Below, in pieces: positions 8,265-17,895 of a DNA stretch of 37,593 nt. The notes under the pieces were generated by a model. The model was given only the letters and a program-made list of their open reading frames with translations. It made no database searches and was not told the origin of the DNA. The position numbers and the translations under genes are program-made. Source of the stretch: a virus (lineage: Duplodnaviria > Caudoviricetes); IMG/VR virus record IMGVR_UViG_3300037761_000095, positions 1 to 37,593 of that record; one strand, given 5' to 3'. Position 1 is the first letter of the stretch. Each line of letters starts with the position of its first letter.

Positions 8265-11200
8265 GTGGCGTTTCCGACAACCCCGACCGTCGCGGCGGGC
8301 CAAGTCCTCACCGGGGTCCAGGCGAACACGACTGCCACCCGCACGTTCCCCAACCTGTCGGGGCTGACCTCGCCCGCCGGCGACCTCATCATCGCCATCT
8401 GCATCGGCTACAACACGTCCACCGGCACCGACGCCGCCTTCTCGGGTTGGACAGGTGGCTTCACCGAGTTCCACGATTCGGCGACGAACGGGACCCAGCC
8501 GATCGGCATGGCCTACAAGTGGTCGACCGGTGCGGAGACCGGCACGTTCGCGGTGACCCAGGCGGGGACGATCACCGGCCACGCCTGTTTCATCCTGATG
8601 TCGATTCCGGGGGCGCACGCCACCACACCCCCGGAGGCGGGCAGCCGCGCCTCCGGCACCACTGCCGTTGCGGACCCGGCGGCGTTCAACCCGGCTGGTT
8701 GGGCGGTCGACGACACCCTGTGGATCGCGGTCTGCGGCTCGGGTGAGGTCTCGACTACCGGCTCATACACCGGCACCGTCGCCACGCCTCCGACCAACTA
8801 CTCCGGCATCGTCGAGACCGCCGCGTCGGGCGACGTGGCCGGCGCCGTCCAGGGCGCGGTCGCGTTCCGTCAGGCGACCACCGGTTCGGAGGACGTCGCT
8901 GGCTTCGTCGGCGTCGACGTGTCCAACGCCCGCAACTCGGCGGTAGTGATCGCGGTCCGCCCGTCGGCGGAGGCGGCTCAGCCGGTCTACATGGCGGCGA
9001 CCTCCCGGTACGTCCAGAAGATCCAGCTGGTCGGGCCGTTCTCGTCGGTCATCAGGGTCTTCACCCCCACCGGCCCCGCCGTAGTCGAAGGCACCGCCAC
9101 AGGCACCCTTACCTTCACCGGCACTGCGGTGGCGCAGCCCCCGTTTATCACCGCTATCGCCGGGACGGGCACCGCGTCACACTTCGTCGACCAGTCCGGC
9201 CAGCCGATCCTGCTCCGCGCATATTCCAGCTGGATGCTGTTCCCGAACGCCGGCCGCTGGTCCGGCACCTGGCAGGACAACCTGGACGATGCCATCGCCG
9301 GCCTGGTCACCCTGGGTTGCAACGTGTTGATGACCAAGCCGTTTGGGCACACCTCGATGAACGGTGTCAACGACGATGGCCGAACCCCGGACGGCGTCCT
9401 CCCGTTCGTCGGCGGCGACATCGGCGTTCTCAATGACACGTTCTGGCAGCGTGTCGACTACCTGCTCAACTCGGCAGCCGCGGCCGGGATCACGGTCTTC
9501 TTGAACATCGCGCACGCCACCACCGACTTCGCCGGCGGTGTCCTCGCCGGCCAGTCGGCTGCCGCGATGGGCGACTACGGCACCGCCCTCGGGAACCGTT
9601 ACAAGGACTTCCCCAATGTGATGTGGAAGTACGGCGGGGACTACTTCGACGTCTACAACACCGAGCTGACCGCGCTGACCACGGGATTGCGGGCCGCCGG
9701 CGACACGCATCTGCTGACCGTGGAGAACTTCTCCGAAACCACGTCGCGCAGAAGGCTGGACACCAACGTTGCGCTGAACACCGGCATCGACAACGCTGAC
9801 TTCAACCTCATCTACTCGTACAACGTCACCTACGACGGCATCAACCACGCCTTCTTGGAGACGTCGCCGATTCCGGCCATCTGGGGAGACGGCTACTACG
9901 CTCAGGACAGCATCGGCGGGAACCGGAAGCTGTTCCGAGATCTGGTGTGGTGGGCGTTGTCGTCGGGTGCGCGGGGCACGATGTACGGGTCGGAGGCCAC
10001 CTGGCGCTGGGACTCCGGCGCGGCAGCAGCCCTCACGTCTGAGACGTTCCCGTCCGCCGACCAGCCCGGCATCTGGGACGCGTTCGTTGCCCTGGTCGGC
10101 TGGCACCTGCTGGTGCCGGACACCGACAACTCGTTCCTCACCGCCGGCCGCGGCACCCACGCGGCGTCATACGCGGCCGGGGGAAGCCCGGGCGACCAGT
10201 ACAACTACAACGACCCGCAGGACGGGTACGTGACCGCTGCCGTCACCGCCGACGGCAAGCTGGCGGTCGTCTACTTCCCGATCGACACCACGGTCACCGT
10301 CGACGACACCGAGCTGGTCGCCAACTACGAAGTCTTCTGGCTCGACCCGGTGTCCGGGGCGACCACCGCTGAGACCATCGCCGGCACCTACTCGCCGACC
10401 GGGACGAACTCCCTCGGCGGCGCCGACCGGGTCCTCGTCTTCCGGGAGCTCGGCGGCGTTACCGGTACCGCCTCCGGGACGTTCGGGTTCACCGGGACAG
10501 CGTCGGGGCATCCGACCACACAGGGCACCGCAGCCGGCAGTGTCGCCTTCACCGGCACGGCAGTGGGGGTCGACCGGGCGGTCGGACAGGCGGCGGGATC
10601 GTTCGCCTTCACCGGCACAGCCGCGGGCGTCCCCGACGTGCAGGGCCAGGCCGCCGGAGCGGTCACCTTCACCGGGACCGCGTCCGGGTTCGTGGGCACC
10701 CCGCCCGTGCAGGGTGTCGCGTCCGGGGCGTTCACCTTCACTGGTGCAGCGGCCGGCGTCCCGGAGACCTTCGGCACCGCGACAGCGTCCGTCACCTTCA
10801 CCGGGACCGCGGCCGGCAACCCACGCAAGGTCGGCACGGCAGCGGCGTCGCTGACGTTCACCGGCCACGCCGCCGGCACCGTCCAGGGCGTCGTGCAGGG
10901 CCAGGCCGCAGCGTCGTTGACCTTTACCGGGGCCGCCACCGGAACACGGGAGACCTTCGGACAGGCCACCGCTTCGTTGACGTTCACCGGCTCGGCGACC
11001 GGGTTCGCCGGCACACCACCAGTGCAGGGCCAGGCCGCAGGCGCGTTCACGTTCACCGGTACCGCGTCGGGTAAGCCCGTTGCACTCGGCCAGGGCGCCG
11101 GGTCGCTGACGTTCACCGGGACCGCGCTCGGCGACGTGGACCGCTTCGGCCAAGCCACGGGTGCCGTCACTTTCACCGGGACCGTTGCCGGCTTCCGAAG

Positions 11201-11330
11201 CACCACCGGACAGGCGTCTGGAGCGATGGTGTTCCTGGGGACAGTCATCGGCTTGGGTACGCCCCCCATGGTGGACCGCCCACCGTCCGGCTTCGTCGAC
11301 CGGCCGCCGTCCGGCTTGGTCGCCCGCTGA
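8265..11330 (+). CDS. Large fibre-like protein with an internal apiosidase-like (DUF4038/GH140-type) domain, a collagen-binding-like domain and TFTG repeats
   Basis: Start reassigned to GTG 8265 after SD GAGGAGG; FWQRVDYLLNSAAAAGI, LGNRYKDFPNVMWKYGGD, WWALSSGARG..YG, AVVYFP...WLDPVSG; 12 GxxxFTGxA repeats near the C-terminus. Confidence 0.75.
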   Translation: MAFPTTPTVAAGQVLTGVQANTTATRTFPNLSGLTSPAGDLIIAICIGYNTSTGTDAAFSGWTGGFTEFHDSATNGTQPIGMAYKWSTGAETGTFAVTQAGTITGHACFILMSIPGAHATTPPEAGSRASGTTAVADPAAFNPAGWAVDDTLWIAVCGSGEVSTTGSYTGTVATPPTNYSGIVETAASGDVAGAVQGAVAFRQATTGSEDVAGFVGVDVSNARNSAVVIAVRPSAEAAQPVYMAATSRYVQKIQLVGPFSSVIRVFTPTGPAVVEGTATGTLTFTGTAVAQPPFITAIAGTGTASHFVDQSGQPILLRAYSSWMLFPNAGRWSGTWQDNLDDAIAGLVTLGCNVLMTKPFGHTSMNGVNDDGRTPDGVLPFVGGDIGVLNDTFWQRVDYLLNSAAAAGITVFLNIAHATTDFAGGVLAGQSAAAMGDYGTALGNRYKDFPNVMWKYGGDYFDVYNTELTALTTGLRAAGDTHLLTVENFSETTSRRRLDTNVALNTGIDNADFNLIYSYNVTYDGINHAFLETSPIPAIWGDGYYAQDSIGGNRKLFRDLVWWALSSGARGTMYGSEATWRWDSGAAAALTSETFPSADQPGIWDAFVALVGWHLLVPDTDNSFLTAGRGTHAASYAAGGSPGDQYNYNDPQDGYVTAAVTADGKLAVVYFPIDTTVTVDDTELVANYEVFWLDPVSGATTAETIAGTYSPTGTNSLGGADRVLVFRELGGVTGTASGTFGFTGTASGHPTTQGTAAGSVAFTGTAVGVDRAVGQAAGSFAFTGTAAGVPDVQGQAAGAVTFTGTASGFVGTPPVQGVASGAFTFTGAAAGVPETFGTATASVTFTGTAAGNPRKVGTAAASLTFTGHAAGTVQGVVQGQAAASLTFTGAATGTRETFGQATASLTFTGSATGFAGTPPVQGQAAGAFTFTGTASGKPVALGQGAGSLTFTGTALGDVDRFGQATGAVTFTGTVAGFRSTTGQASGAMVFLGTVIGLGTPPMVDRPPSGFVDRPPSGLVAR
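10458..11256 (+). repeat. Coding tandem repeat array (about 19-23 aa units, G-x-A-x-G/A-x-x-x-FTG-x-A)
   Basis: 12 FTG units plus one degenerate unit; a further unit at 9081-9134 lies before the enzyme domain. Confidence 0.85.
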
Positions 11331-11340
11331 GAGGGGACCG

Positions 11341-11667
11341 ATGCAACTGCACGACACGGTCACCCGGCAGCGCGGCACCGTCGGCGAGGGGTCGCACGGC
11401 GAACCGGTCACCGACTGGACAACGCCCGCTACAGCCGTCTACCCGGCCGAGGTGCAGCCGGTGTCCACGGCGGAGGCGTTAGCCGCTCAGCAGCGCACTG
11501 AGACCCGCTGGAAGGCGTTCCTGCCGTACGCCGCGGACGTCGAACCCACCGACCGGATCGTGTGGGACGGCGACACGTACGAGGTGGACGGCGAGCCGGA
11601 GCGGTGGAAGCGCCGCGCGGTCGGCCACCACCTCGAGTTGTTCCTTATCCGCTTCGTGGGTGCGTGA
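11341..11667 (+). CDS. Head closure (stopper) protein
   Basis: ATG 11341 after SD GAGGGG; DVEPTDRIVWDGDTYEVDGEPERW, HHLE motifs. Confidence 0.85.
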   Translation: MQLHDTVTRQRGTVGEGSHGEPVTDWTTPATAVYPAEVQPVSTAEALAAQQRTETRWKAFLPYAADVEPTDRIVWDGDTYEVDGEPERWKRRAVGHHLELFLIRFVGA

Positions 11668-12059
11668 TGCTGTCCCCGCCGATCCCCGACCTCGACGCCG
11701 CCCTCGTCACCTTCCTCGACAACCACGCCGACCTGACCCCGCTGCACGGCGGCCGGGTCTCCACCCACGTCCTCGACTCCCCACTGCCGCGGCTGCGGGT
11801 CACCTCCCTGGGTGGCACGCAGCCGTGGCCGTGGGAGGTCACCGCCGAATACCAGATCGACGCCTGGGGCGGCACCGAAGCCCAGGCGTACGTGCTGGCG
11901 TCGACGGTGTGCGCCGCCATCTACGACATGCGCGGCCCCATCACCGGCGGGCGCATCGTCACCGCCGAGCCGTCGCTACGGCCCATCTCCGCACCGGACG
12001 AAGACACCGGGCGACCCCGCTACCTCGTCCAGGTCGTACTGACCGCCTACCCATCCTGA
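11667..12059 (+). CDS. Tail terminator/completion protein
   Basis: TGATG coupling; PRLRVTSLGG, QIDAWGGT, PDEDTGRPRY motifs. Confidence 0.75.
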   Translation: MLSPPIPDLDAALVTFLDNHADLTPLHGGRVSTHVLDSPLPRLRVTSLGGTQPWPWEVTAEYQIDAWGGTEAQAYVLASTVCAAIYDMRGPITGGRIVTAEPSLRPISAPDEDTGRPRYLVQVVLTAYPS

Positions 12060-12072
12060 GCTCGGAGGCATC

Positions 12073-12237
12073 GTGAGCGAGAAGTATCTGGAAGTCCAGC
12101 AGGACATCCCCGCCAACCAGGGGACGGTCTTCGCGTACCGGAAGGGCGACAAGGTCGCCGAGTCTGTCGTGAAGGCGAACGGCTGGGAAGCTTACGTCGC
12201 CGCCCCCGAGTCCAAGACGGCCAAGAAGGAGTCCTGA
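12073..12237 (+). CDS. Small hypothetical protein (54 aa, not in the ORF track)
   Basis: GTG after SD GGAGG; MSEKYLEVQQDIPANQGTVFAYRKGDKV...; fills the gap before the major tail gene. Confidence 0.65.
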   Translation: MSEKYLEVQQDIPANQGTVFAYRKGDKVAESVVKANGWEAYVAAPESKTAKKES

Positions 12238-12240
12238 GTC

Positions 12241-12837
12241 ATGGCGATCCCCACCATTCAGCCGACCCAGATCAAGACCGGGCCGGGCCGGATTCTGTGG
12301 GCGGCGCTCGGCACCACGCTGCCGACGGTGCCCGCGCCGACCGCCTCCAAGTTGGTCCCCTCCGTCACCGGGTTCGTCGAGGCCGGTGCTACCGACGAGG
12401 GCCTCACCTTCACCGAGTCCACCGACACCGAAGACGTCCGGGTCGCCGAGTCGCTGTACGCGATCAAGACCGTCACCACCGGCAAGACCGGCACGGTGGC
12501 GTTCAACATGTCGCACATCAGCGATGTCAACTGGAAGCTGGCCAGCAACGGCGGCACCATCACCATCACCGGTGCCGGCGTGACGAAGCTGTCGGTCTAC
12601 ATCCCGCCGCTGGCCGGGTCCGAGGTGCGGACCATGCTGGCGTTCTTTTCCCTCGACGAGGACGAGTTCATCGTGTGGCCGCAGGTGTTCAACGCCGCCG
12701 GCTTCGAGACGAACCGGTCGACGTTCTCCACCAAGCACGGCCTGCCGGTGTCGTTCTCCGTCGAACTCCCCGACCCGGCCGTGCTGACCACGCCCTACAA
12801 GCGGTGGACTTCCGGCGCGTTGGCGCAGGGGGTCTGA
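12241..12837 (+). CDS. Major tail (tube) protein
   Basis: IKTGPGRILWAALGT, GATDEGLTF motifs; synteny. Confidence 0.85.
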   Translation: MAIPTIQPTQIKTGPGRILWAALGTTLPTVPAPTASKLVPSVTGFVEAGATDEGLTFTESTDTEDVRVAESLYAIKTVTTGKTGTVAFNMSHISDVNWKLASNGGTITITGAGVTKLSVYIPPLAGSEVRTMLAFFSLDEDEFIVWPQVFNAAGFETNRSTFSTKHGLPVSFSVELPDPAVLTTPYKRWTSGALAQGV

Positions 12838-13319
12838 TGGCCAGCCTGGGCGACTTCGACGCTGCGGTCCGCGAGGTCACCGATACCGGCGAGCGGGACA
12901 CGTTCCGCTTCGGTGGGGTGGAGTTCACCGTCGTCGGGAACATCCCGGCGGTGCTCATGCTCCGCCTCGGTGCCGCCGCCGCGTCCGGAGTGGAGGACAT
13001 CGAGGGCCTGGCTGCCGTCTGGGAGGCGCTACGCCGGTCGCTCACGGCTCCGGCATACACCGATGAGAACGGCAAGGACATCCCCGCCGACGATGCCGAG
13101 TTCGAGCGGCTGTTCAAGCTGGCGCTGGACCGGGAGACCGAACTTGACGAACTGATGAAGATGACCTTCAAGCTGTTTGAGGCGCAGTCGGGCCGCCCTA
13201 CCGTGCAGGCGCCCGCCTCCTCGGATGGGCCGCCTTCCACTTCGCCGAGTTCGAGCGCCTCGTCTACGCATCCGGGGCTTGCCCACCTGCGACCGGTCAG
13301 CGAAGTGCTCACTGGCTGA
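12837..13319 (+). CDS. Tail assembly chaperone (gpG-like)
   Basis: TGATG coupling to the major tail gene; GRPT followed by a Ser/Pro-rich tail typical of frameshifting chaperones. Confidence 0.8.
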   Translation: MASLGDFDAAVREVTDTGERDTFRFGGVEFTVVGNIPAVLMLRLGAAAASGVEDIEGLAAVWEALRRSLTAPAYTDENGKDIPADDAEFERLFKLALDRETELDELMKMTFKLFEAQSGRPTVQAPASSDGPPSTSPSSSASSTHPGLAHLRPVSEVLTG

Positions 13320-13546
13320 CCGTCCTGTCGCCGCGGCTGGCCTGCAACCTCGCCTACACCGAGCTCGCGTCGCGGATGCTCCACGGTGAGGGCTGCGACC
13401 GCAGCGAGAACACCTGCTCCGGCCGGTGTGACTGGGCACGGTTCCACGACGAGCTCGAGGCGCCGCTGCTGCCGTGGGAGATCCGGGAGGAGCAGGTGGC
13501 GCGGGAGCGGCTGAAGGTGTTGATGTCCGGCGAGATCCCCGCCTGA
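13181..13546 (+). CDS. -1 frame extension of the tail assembly chaperone (gpT-like)
   Basis: Open -1 frame from 13181 to TGA 13544-13546 (RLLGWAAFHFAEFERLVYASG...LSPRLACNLAY), no good upstream start; candidate slip at CGCCCTAC 13194-13201. Confidence 0.7.
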   Translation, partial: GAVGPPYRAGARLLGWAAFHFAEFERLVYASGACPPATGQRSAHWLTVLSPRLACNLAYTELASRMLHGEGCDRSENTCSGRCDWARFHDELEAPLLPWEIREEQVARERLKVLMSGEIPA

Positions 13547-13559
13547 GAGGAGCCCGCCG

Positions 13560-13895
13560 GTGAAGATCAAGAAATACCGTCCCGAGGTCATTCTGACGGC
13601 GGTGTCGCAGCAGGCGCAGGCTCGCCGTCAGGTCCGCCGCCTGGCGGCGAAGGTCCGCGACGACGCCCGCATCATTGCCCCGAAGCGGACGGGTGATCTG
13701 CGCCGGTCGATCAAGGTGTTCCAGGGCCGCGACCGGCTCACCGGTCAGACCGAATACCGCATCGGCTGGGACCGGAACATCGCCTTCTACGGGTGGATGG
13801 TGGAGGCCGGCACCGAGCACTCGCAACCACGTCCGCACATTCGGCCGGCTGCCATCAAGAATGGCGGCCGGCCCCCTCTGTCTGGGGGGGTCTAG
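13560..13895 (+). CDS. HK97 gp10-family tail component
   Basis: APKRTGDLRRSI, FYGWMVEAGT, PRPHIRPA motifs. Confidence 0.85.
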   Translation: MKIKKYRPEVILTAVSQQAQARRQVRRLAAKVRDDARIIAPKRTGDLRRSIKVFQGRDRLTGQTEYRIGWDRNIAFYGWMVEAGTEHSQPRPHIRPAAIKNGGRPPLSGGV

Positions 13896-16004
13896 GTGCC
13901 GTCGTTCTCCGACGTCTACGCGGCGGTCAAACTCGACCTGGACGCCTCCGAGGAGGCGAAGCTCAAGCGGCGCCTCGAGAAGATCGACACCAAGACCGCC
14001 GGCAACAAGATGGGCATGGGTCTGTCAAAGAACATCGGTGGCGGGTTCCGCGCCGGCATCGGCGGCGCAGCCCGGACGATGTTCGGGCCAATCGTGGCCG
14101 CAGCCGCAGCGGTCGGCACCTTCCAGTTGTTTAAGGGCTTCATCGAGGACGCGCAGGAGTCCGCCAAGATCAGCCGCATCACCGCGCAGGTGATCGAGTC
14201 CACCGGCGGCGCGGCGAAGGTCACCGCCGGGCAGGTCGACAAGCTGTCTCAGGCGCTGTCGAACAAGACCGCCGTCGACGACGAGCTCGTCCAGACCGGG
14301 GCGAACCTGCTGCTGACGTTCAAGAACGTCCGCAACGAGGCCGGCAAGGGTAACGACATCTTCAACCGGGCCACCGAGGCGGCGCTGGACCTGTCGGCGG
14401 CCGGGTTCGGTTCGGTGGAATCTTCGGCGAAGATGCTCGGCAAGGCGTTGAACGATCCCATCGCCGGTCTGACTGCGCTGAAGAAGGCTGGCGTCACGTT
14501 CACCGACGCGCAGAAGGAGCAGATCAAGACCCTGGTCGAGGCGGGCGACATCCTCGGCGCTCAGGGCATCATCATGGACGAGGTCGCCTCCCAGGTCGGC
14601 GGTGCCGCGGAGGCCGCGGCCGGGCCAATGGACAAGCTGAAGACCATCATGGGGAACCTCGGCGAGCAGGTCGGCACGTTGCTGCTGCCCTACCTGGAGG
14701 ACTTCGCCGAATGGATGATCGCCGAAGGTGTACCAAAGATCCAGCGGATGATCGGCACCTTCCGCGACGAGTGGATACCCGTCATCCAGGACTTGGTCAA
14801 GAGCTTCGTCGAGGACTGGTGGCCGGCCATCAAGGAGGTATGGGGTTTCGTCGTCGACGTCTTCCAGACCGCCTGGCCGATCCTCGAAGGGATCTACAAC
14901 CGGATCAACGAGGCCGGGGATCGGTGGATGGAGAGATTCGAGACCGTCAAGACGGCCATCGACGACGCCTGGCACTTCATTTTGCAGGTCTTTGAGGATG
15001 CCGTAACTGGCATCGCCAACTTCATGTTTGACTTTGCCCAACTCATCCTCGACGGTGTCGACACTGCTTTCGGTTGGACCGGTCTGATCGACGAGCAGCT
15101 CGCCTCCGCGCAAGAGTCATTGGACCAGTTCAGGAAAGACGTGAACGAGACCCTCGACGGGATCAACGACGAGGAGATCGTCATCAAGGTCTCCTCCGAT
15201 GCGAACGAGGCGATCCGGTTCGCCAACCGGGCCGCTGCGCTCGGCGGTGTCGGCGGTAGGGGCGGGGCCAGTGGTGGCCTGCCGCCGATGCGCGCGTTCA
15301 CTGCGGATGACGCGGTCGGCGGTGCGCTGGACTTCCGCACCCAGGGCATGGACTCGGATCGGGTTGCCAAGCTGGCGACACAGATCGGAAAGAACGCCGC
15401 GACGCAGACGGTGGCCGCGCTCAACCGGATGGCGCTCCTTCAAGGTGGCCCGGGCGGGTTCCCGCTGCCCCGCGGCCGGTACCGGGTGGGTCGCGGGCCG
15501 GTCGGTCACGGCTACCCCGCTGTCGACTTCCCCGCTGTCACCGGCACCCCGATCTACGCGGTCCGCGGCGGCATCGTCGCCCGGGCGCTGCGGCTGGCCA
15601 CCTCCTACGGCATCCACGCGCTGCTCTCCCACGCCGGCGGCTGGGGTTCGCTATACGCGCACATGTCGTCGATGTTCGTCCGCTCCGGGCAGTCGGTCCG
15701 CGCCGGGCAGATGATCGGCCGAGTCGGATCGACCGGCAACTCGACCGGGCCGCACCTGCACTTCGAGGCCCGCCGCGGCGGTGGCCGGGTGAGTCCGCGG
15801 TCGCTGATCTCCTACGACTCCGGGGGGTTCCTGCCGACCGGGCTGTCACTCGCCTACAACGGCACCGGGCGACCTGAGCCGGTGGGTCACGACATGGCTG
15901 GTGTCCACTTCCACTTCCACGGGCCGGTGACCTCGAAGCAGGGTGCGCAGGACATGGTCCTCGGCGCCTACAACCAGCTCGTCCGTGAGCGGAAGATCCG
16001 GTGA
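13896..16004 (+). CDS. Tape measure protein with C-terminal M23 peptidase
   Basis: Ala/Gly helical body, LGKALNDPIAGLTAL, W/F periodic repeats; HxxxD (HGYPAVD), YAHMS, GSTGNSTGPHLHFE. Confidence 0.92.
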   Translation: MPSFSDVYAAVKLDLDASEEAKLKRRLEKIDTKTAGNKMGMGLSKNIGGGFRAGIGGAARTMFGPIVAAAAAVGTFQLFKGFIEDAQESAKISRITAQVIESTGGAAKVTAGQVDKLSQALSNKTAVDDELVQTGANLLLTFKNVRNEAGKGNDIFNRATEAALDLSAAGFGSVESSAKMLGKALNDPIAGLTALKKAGVTFTDAQKEQIKTLVEAGDILGAQGIIMDEVASQVGGAAEAAAGPMDKLKTIMGNLGEQVGTLLLPYLEDFAEWMIAEGVPKIQRMIGTFRDEWIPVIQDLVKSFVEDWWPAIKEVWGFVVDVFQTAWPILEGIYNRINEAGDRWMERFETVKTAIDDAWHFILQVFEDAVTGIANFMFDFAQLILDGVDTAFGWTGLIDEQLASAQESLDQFRKDVNETLDGINDEEIVIKVSSDANEAIRFANRAAALGGVGGRGGASGGLPPMRAFTADDAVGGALDFRTQGMDSDRVAKLATQIGKNAATQTVAALNRMALLQGGPGGFPLPRGRYRVGRGPVGHGYPAVDFPAVTGTPIYAVRGGIVARALRLATSYGIHALLSHAGGWGSLYAHMSSMFVRSGQSVRAGQMIGRVGSTGNSTGPHLHFEARRGGGRVSPRSLISYDSGGFLPTGLSLAYNGTGRPEPVGHDMAGVHFHFHGPVTSKQGAQDMVLGAYNQLVRERKIR

Positions 16005-17560
16005 GCGTCCGCGGCTACGAACTGCTCGCCGATTGGTCCCGGCACGGCACCTACGTCAACGTGCTCGAGGACGTGACCTCGTACATCCTCGACGAGCCGG
16101 ACGTGTTCGTCTCCTACGGGCGGGACCAGTCGCGGGCCACGTCGGCGGCCACCGCCGGGAAGCTGACGTTCGCCCTCAACAATCTTGACCGGGCGTTCTC
16201 GCCGGAGAACACGTCGTCGGCGATCGCCGGGAAGGTGGTCCCGGGAACCCCGGTGCGGCTGCTACAGACCCACGAGTCGGCCACCACGACGATCTTTGCA
16301 GGCGTGCTCGATGAGCTGAACGTGGACCCGAACGCCGCGGCGAAGACGTTCACCGGCGACGTGCTCGACCTGTGGGGCCGTCTCGGTGCCGAGGTCCTGT
16401 CCACCCCGCTGTATTCCGGGCTCCGCACCGGTGAGGCGATCGGTCTCATCCTCGACGCGATCGGGTGGACCGGGGACCGGGACCTCGACCCGGGCGCGAC
16501 GTTCATGCCGTGGTGGTGGGAGGAGGGCACCGATGCGGCCACCGCAGTGGACAAGCTGGTCGAGTCCGAAGGCCCGCCGGCGATCGCCTACGTGCAGGGC
16601 GGCACGTTCATCTTCCGGGACCGGCATCACCGCACCTCCCGTGCCGCATCCCTGACGTCGCAGGGCACCTACACCCACGCCGTCCCCGCCGGCTCCGGGC
16701 CGGTCGGATCGTTCAAAGTCCTGCGGAACTCGTTCGCCTACGACCACGGCCTGCGGCACATCGTCAACAGCGTCACCTTCATCGTCGACGAACGCCTCCC
16801 CGGCGACGTGGAGGAAATCTGGTCGACCGACACCCCGATCACCCTGGCCGCCGGGCAAGTGCTGCCGATCGAAGTCGAAGCCAACAACCCGTTCCTCAAC
16901 GCCGTCCCCCCCGAGGTCGGCGTCGACTGGGACGCCGACGTGGCCATCACCGTCGACTTGTCCCGAACCTCCGGCCAGTCCACCACGCTTACCGTCACCG
17001 CCACCGGCGGCGCAGCCGTCATCACCCGGCTGGCGCTGCGAGCCGTATCGGTGCCAGTGGTGCGGACGGTGAAGGTTGACGAGGAGGACGTCTCCTCGAT
17101 CGGGATGCACACCCGGCAGACTTGGCCGAAGGACCGGCTGCCGTGGGCGAACGTGTACGACGCCCGCGCCGTGGCGGAGCGGATCGTCGCCGTCTACGCC
17201 ACGAACCGCCCCACCGTGACACTGTCCATTGCCAACCTTGACGACGACTACATGACCCAGATCCTGGCCCGGCGCATATCCGACCGGGTCACCGTCATCA
17301 ACGACGAGATGGGCCTAGACGCCGACTTCATCGTCGAGCGGATCACGCACACCATCCGCAAACTCGGCGGCATTCACCGGCTTGAGCTCGGCTGCCAGGT
17401 GGCTGACCCGGTGCAGCCGTCGAACATCTTCACCTTCGACGTGGCCGGCAAGGGGTTCAACGACGGCGCCTTCGGTGTCGACGGTATCGACGACCCGGAC
17501 ACGACGCTGATGTTCGACATTGCAGGCCGCGGCTTCAACGATGGGGTGTTCGCATCATGA
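16001..17560 (+). CDS. Minor tail/baseplate protein
   Basis: GTGA overlap with the tape measure gene; YGRDQ, LNNLDRAFSPEN motifs of actinophage minor tail proteins. Confidence 0.75.
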   Translation: MSVRGYELLADWSRHGTYVNVLEDVTSYILDEPDVFVSYGRDQSRATSAATAGKLTFALNNLDRAFSPENTSSAIAGKVVPGTPVRLLQTHESATTTIFAGVLDELNVDPNAAAKTFTGDVLDLWGRLGAEVLSTPLYSGLRTGEAIGLILDAIGWTGDRDLDPGATFMPWWWEEGTDAATAVDKLVESEGPPAIAYVQGGTFIFRDRHHRTSRAASLTSQGTYTHAVPAGSGPVGSFKVLRNSFAYDHGLRHIVNSVTFIVDERLPGDVEEIWSTDTPITLAAGQVLPIEVEANNPFLNAVPPEVGVDWDADVAITVDLSRTSGQSTTLTVTATGGAAVITRLALRAVSVPVVRTVKVDEEDVSSIGMHTRQTWPKDRLPWANVYDARAVAERIVAVYATNRPTVTLSIANLDDDYMTQILARRISDRVTVINDEMGLDADFIVERITHTIRKLGGIHRLELGCQVADPVQPSNIFTFDVAGKGFNDGAFGVDGIDDPDTTLMFDIAGRGFNDGVFAS

Positions 17561-17895
17561 CCGGAACACGGTGGATCGCGTTCATGAATTGGGGCCGGTG
17601 GGTGGCCGAATGCCCAATGGGTTGCGGTAACGCGGTCGAGTTGGTCCCCGAGCAGGTCTCGGCCTACTGCGGGGCGAGGACGAATGTCGCCGTCCCTGGC
17701 ACTTGCGGCTACATCGGCCCCGTGCAGTGGCCCGGCAATGCCAGCGAGCTGACCATGACGCTGGCGAAGCGGCCGATGGACCGTAATCGGAACTGGTTCC
17801 CGGCCGATCATCCGCTGGCGGTGCAGGGGAACATGCCGCACGGCCAGTCCGTCGGTGAGCTCGACGCGGAAACCGAACAACACGGGAGTCTCTGA
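17557..17895 (+). CDS. Hypothetical Cys-containing tail-region protein
   Basis: ATGA overlap; NWGRWVAECP..CGNA...C..C...RNW pattern. Confidence 0.65.
   Translation: MTGTRWIAFMNWGRWVAECPMGCGNAVELVPEQVSAYCGARTNVAVPGTCGYIGPVQWPGNASELTMTLAKRPMDRNRNWFPADHPLAVQGNMPHGQSVGELDAETEQHGSL

Noticed and set aside
10458-11256. Repeated ACCTTCACCGG words as a CRISPR array or DGR template/variable repeat
   Set aside because: The repeats are in-frame, vary at synonymous positions and encode a protein repeat; no cas or reverse transcriptase gene is present and no adenine-specific variation was seen.
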